Of a stretch of 64,000 nucleotides of DNA, positions 62,361-64,000 are shown one piece after another (position 1 is the stretch's first letter; the number at the start of each line of letters is the position of its first letter). The stretch is from NCBI RefSeq assembly GCF_036321535.1, contig NC_087437.1:20648001-20712000 (forward strand). Direction: 5' to 3'. A program made the position numbers and the translations under genes. Under the pieces are notes generated by a model. The model had not been told where the DNA came from. It ran no database searches and saw nothing but the letters and a program-made list of their open reading frames with translations. The stretch comes from Camelus dromedarius (taxonomy: Eukaryota).

Positions 62361-64000
62361 GGGTTTGGCTCAGCTTTTTAAAACCATGTGCTCCAGCCCC
62401 ACACAGCCCTTCTAGGGATGGTGCAGCTCAGAGAAGTTAAAATGAACATTCACGAAACAGGGAGGCAACAGGGCAGGGAACACCTGATCCATCGCCCACC
62501 TGAGTGACTCAGGGGTCCTAGGGGGTCACACAGAGTAGAGAGAATTGTTGGTCTCTATAGTCAAGTCAGCAAGGCTCAAAGTCACTGAGACTGGGGACCC
62601 AGAAGCCTCTCAGGAACACTATTGGTGGCTGTCACTTATTCTGGCCTCCTCGCCTGTAACTTGTCTCAGAGACCCTGGAGGGGTTGGAAGTCTCTGCTGA
62701 GACAAAGCGCAGGCTGTGCTCGGTTGGGCGGGGAGCAACTTCTCAAAGACACAGTCTGTTTGGAGCGTGCCTTCCCCGGCTCCCTTCTTCTAAAGACCAA
62801 GAGCTTGCAAACACTGCAATGTGAACTAGGCATTAAAATTTTATGCACTAATATATATTTTACTGAACTTTTTAATAACCCGGGGAGAAATGGTTTTAAA
62901 TAATTCAATATGGTGTTGGCCCCGAGCTGAACTATGCTCCAAGTAACCATGTATAAAATATGACACTAATATTGCATACCTGAATAGAATCAATGTTTAT
63001 TTTGATAATAAGCCATTTGAATTCGAGTAATGTGGGAGTTACAGTTGCCATGGCAGCGTCTTGTTAAGGTTTTAAATGAGACGTCAACGGCCACAGCGAC
63101 ATAAATGCACACGTTCACCTCTTGCTGTTTATAAGTGAACCAAGTGGACAGTGAATAGCTTATTCATCAATAAAATTTTAAACACCATTTATGAAGCAAT
63201 TGAATGACTGAGGAAGTGTGTTGCCAGTAATGTGTGTTCTTTCTCAGAGCCAGCTTCGGGATTTTACAGAGTCCAGCGTGAGGATGGAGGTCACCCTCCC
63301 CACCCAACAAGAAGGCCATTGTCAGAAGAAGGTGTCACTGACACCTGACACTGACACAGTAGGTGCTCAGGAAATTCTTATTCGATGAATTTTTAACGGC
63401 TGCCTTGGGAAGAAGAATTTAAGAATCTGAGTGGTTTCCAAACCTGGCTACATATCAAAACTACCTGGACGTGGTATTAAAAATCCTGATTTCTAAACCC
63501 CACCTAGACACAGTGTCAGAATCTCCAGATTTGCAGCCCAGGAATCCACCCCAAGTCTAGGGTAAATTTGCCTTTCATTAACTTTCTACAAGACTTTTAG
63601 GCAGAAGATGTTAGAGTTGGAAGAAACCCTGGAGATGACCTAATCCAACCCTTGAAAAATCACATAGCAAGTTTGTGGGAAAGCTGGGACCCAAATCAGT
63701 CTTCTGGCTTTCAGGCCAAAAGCTCTGAAATTCTTTCCAGTAAGCCTGGGCCTCCAAACTGGGGCATGTGTCCACTGGTTGAATTATTTAGAACTCTGTT
63801 GGTTACAAGTGAAAGAAACCTAATGCAAACCAATTTAACAAAAAAAAATTTTATGGCTTCAGGTATAGCTAGATCAAGGAGCTTACATGGCCCATCGGGA
63901 CTTTGCCTCTTTCCATGCTTCAACTCTGCTGCCCTTTGTATTGATTCATTCCCAGGCAGATTTTCTCTACTAGGTGGCCCCAGAGCTTCTAGGCTATCTT

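Noticed and set aside
1..64000. CRISPR array, prokaryotic operon, rRNA, intact provirus or processed pseudogene
   Set aside because: I saw no regularly spaced repeats, no gag/pol/env or rRNA similarity and no poly(A)/TSD-flanked mRNA copy; the composition is that of a mammalian intron and intergenic DNA.

Overview
This is mammalian genomic DNA, most likely from a camelid (alpaca, llama, vicuna or camel). It carries a tRNA-Ala-derived Vic-1-type SINE, cetartiodactyl-type L1 3' ends and a MER41-like LTR. I saw no Alu, Bov-tA/BovB or PRE-1 elements. Bases 1-51105 are the distal part of one very large + strand intron. It ends at a canonical acceptor followed by the terminal coding exon of SPSB4 (51106-51233, SOCS box PEPLPLMDLCRRSIRLALGRQRLGDIGSLPLPQSLKNYLQYQ*), which the ORF track misses. 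A ~1.25 kb 3' UTR follows, with AATAAA at 52456-52461. The remainder is intergenic. Everything else I could identify is transposon relics (MIR, L2, L1, MaLR/ERVL/ERV1 LTRs, hAT and Tigger MITEs), microsatellites and candidate cis-regulatory clusters. Nearly all listed ORFs are chance ORFs or repeat remnants. I found no convincing novel multi-gene system. The most interesting sequence-supported observations are: an L1 with a probable 30-nt 3' transduction and a younger L1 nested inside it; a four-layer nested transposon stack; an inverted L1 pair whose unique spacer holds CRE/TATA/AP-1/STAT motifs; a palindromic CTCF site; recurrent RFX X-boxes; a sense-oriented SINE that adds poly(A) signals upstream of the SOCS-box exon; and two unexplained local direct repeats. 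Repeat family names are from recall of consensus sequences, not from a database search, and repeat boundaries are approximate unless TSDs are given.
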